Part shown: piece by piece, positions 63,690 to 64,000 of the stretch
Numbering within the stretch: position 1 is the first letter of the stretch
Layout of the letters: the number at the start of each line of letters is the position of its first letter
DNA from: Lama glama
Taxonomy: Eukaryota
Length of the DNA stretch: 64,000 bases
Reading direction: 5' to 3'
NCBI GenBank assembly: GCA_028534125.1
Contig: CM052817.1
Coordinates: forward strand, 18,602,001 to 18,666,000
Translations under genes and position numbers: made by a program
The notes under the pieces: generated by a model
What the model was told of the DNA's origin: nothing
The model's database searches: none
Seen by the model: only the letters and a program-made list of their open reading frames with translations

Positions 63690-64000
63690 AAACAATATAA
63701 ATAAAAACTTGATCTCAATTTGTCTTGAGAAATGTAGAAAAATAATAACATTAAAATGAGAAAATATAAAAGGAAAAAATTATTTTTTAGCATTAGACAT
63801 TAAAAAATAGCAAGGATGAAATAGGAGTATGAGCAAAAACAAAACTGTCTTTAAGGATAGCTTAAATAGACAAACCTTTATCAAGAAAATTATATGGCAT
63901 GAGTAACATTTGAAATTAAAAGTTATGATAACTACAGACATGTTAGGGATTTCAAATACAGGAAGAATATAGTACAGACTATTATACATATGTTCTTAGA
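63690..64000 (+). mobile_element. Old L1 ORF2 fragment, runs off the window
   Basis: 'aaatagacaaacctttatcaaga...gataactacagacatg...gaatatagtacagactattat'. Confidence 0.55.

Overview
AT-rich eutherian mammalian genomic DNA, intergenic or deep intronic. I cannot support any protein-coding gene, tRNA/rRNA or CRISPR array. The six-frame ORFs are either chance ORFs or decayed retroelement frames. The window is layered with transposable elements: ancient MIR, L2, CR1/L3, HAL1 and L1M fragments; hAT DNA transposons (MER33, MER20, MER58, MER81, MER112/113-like); MaLR and ERVL LTRs; a roughly 4.5 kb two-LTR ERVL provirus (LTR16A-type) carrying two nested LTRs; five younger ERV1-like solo LTRs (one nested in that provirus); and several young 5'-truncated L1 3' ends of a cetartiodactyl-like type. 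I recognised no lineage-specific SINEs (Alu, B1, Bov-tA/BovB, PRE-1, CHR, Can-SINE), which tentatively points to a camelid. The best leads are a CpG-rich (TGCG)n element beside the provirus 5' LTR followed by splice donors, a CRE/CCAAT candidate promoter with a spliced minus-strand leader near 17 kb, a well-preserved CR1 reverse-transcriptase relic, and several repeat-free, motif-dense blocks that look like enhancers. I found no convincing novel biological system. Repeat family names come from recalled consensus similarity, not a database search, and boundaries without target-site duplications (TSDs) are approximate.
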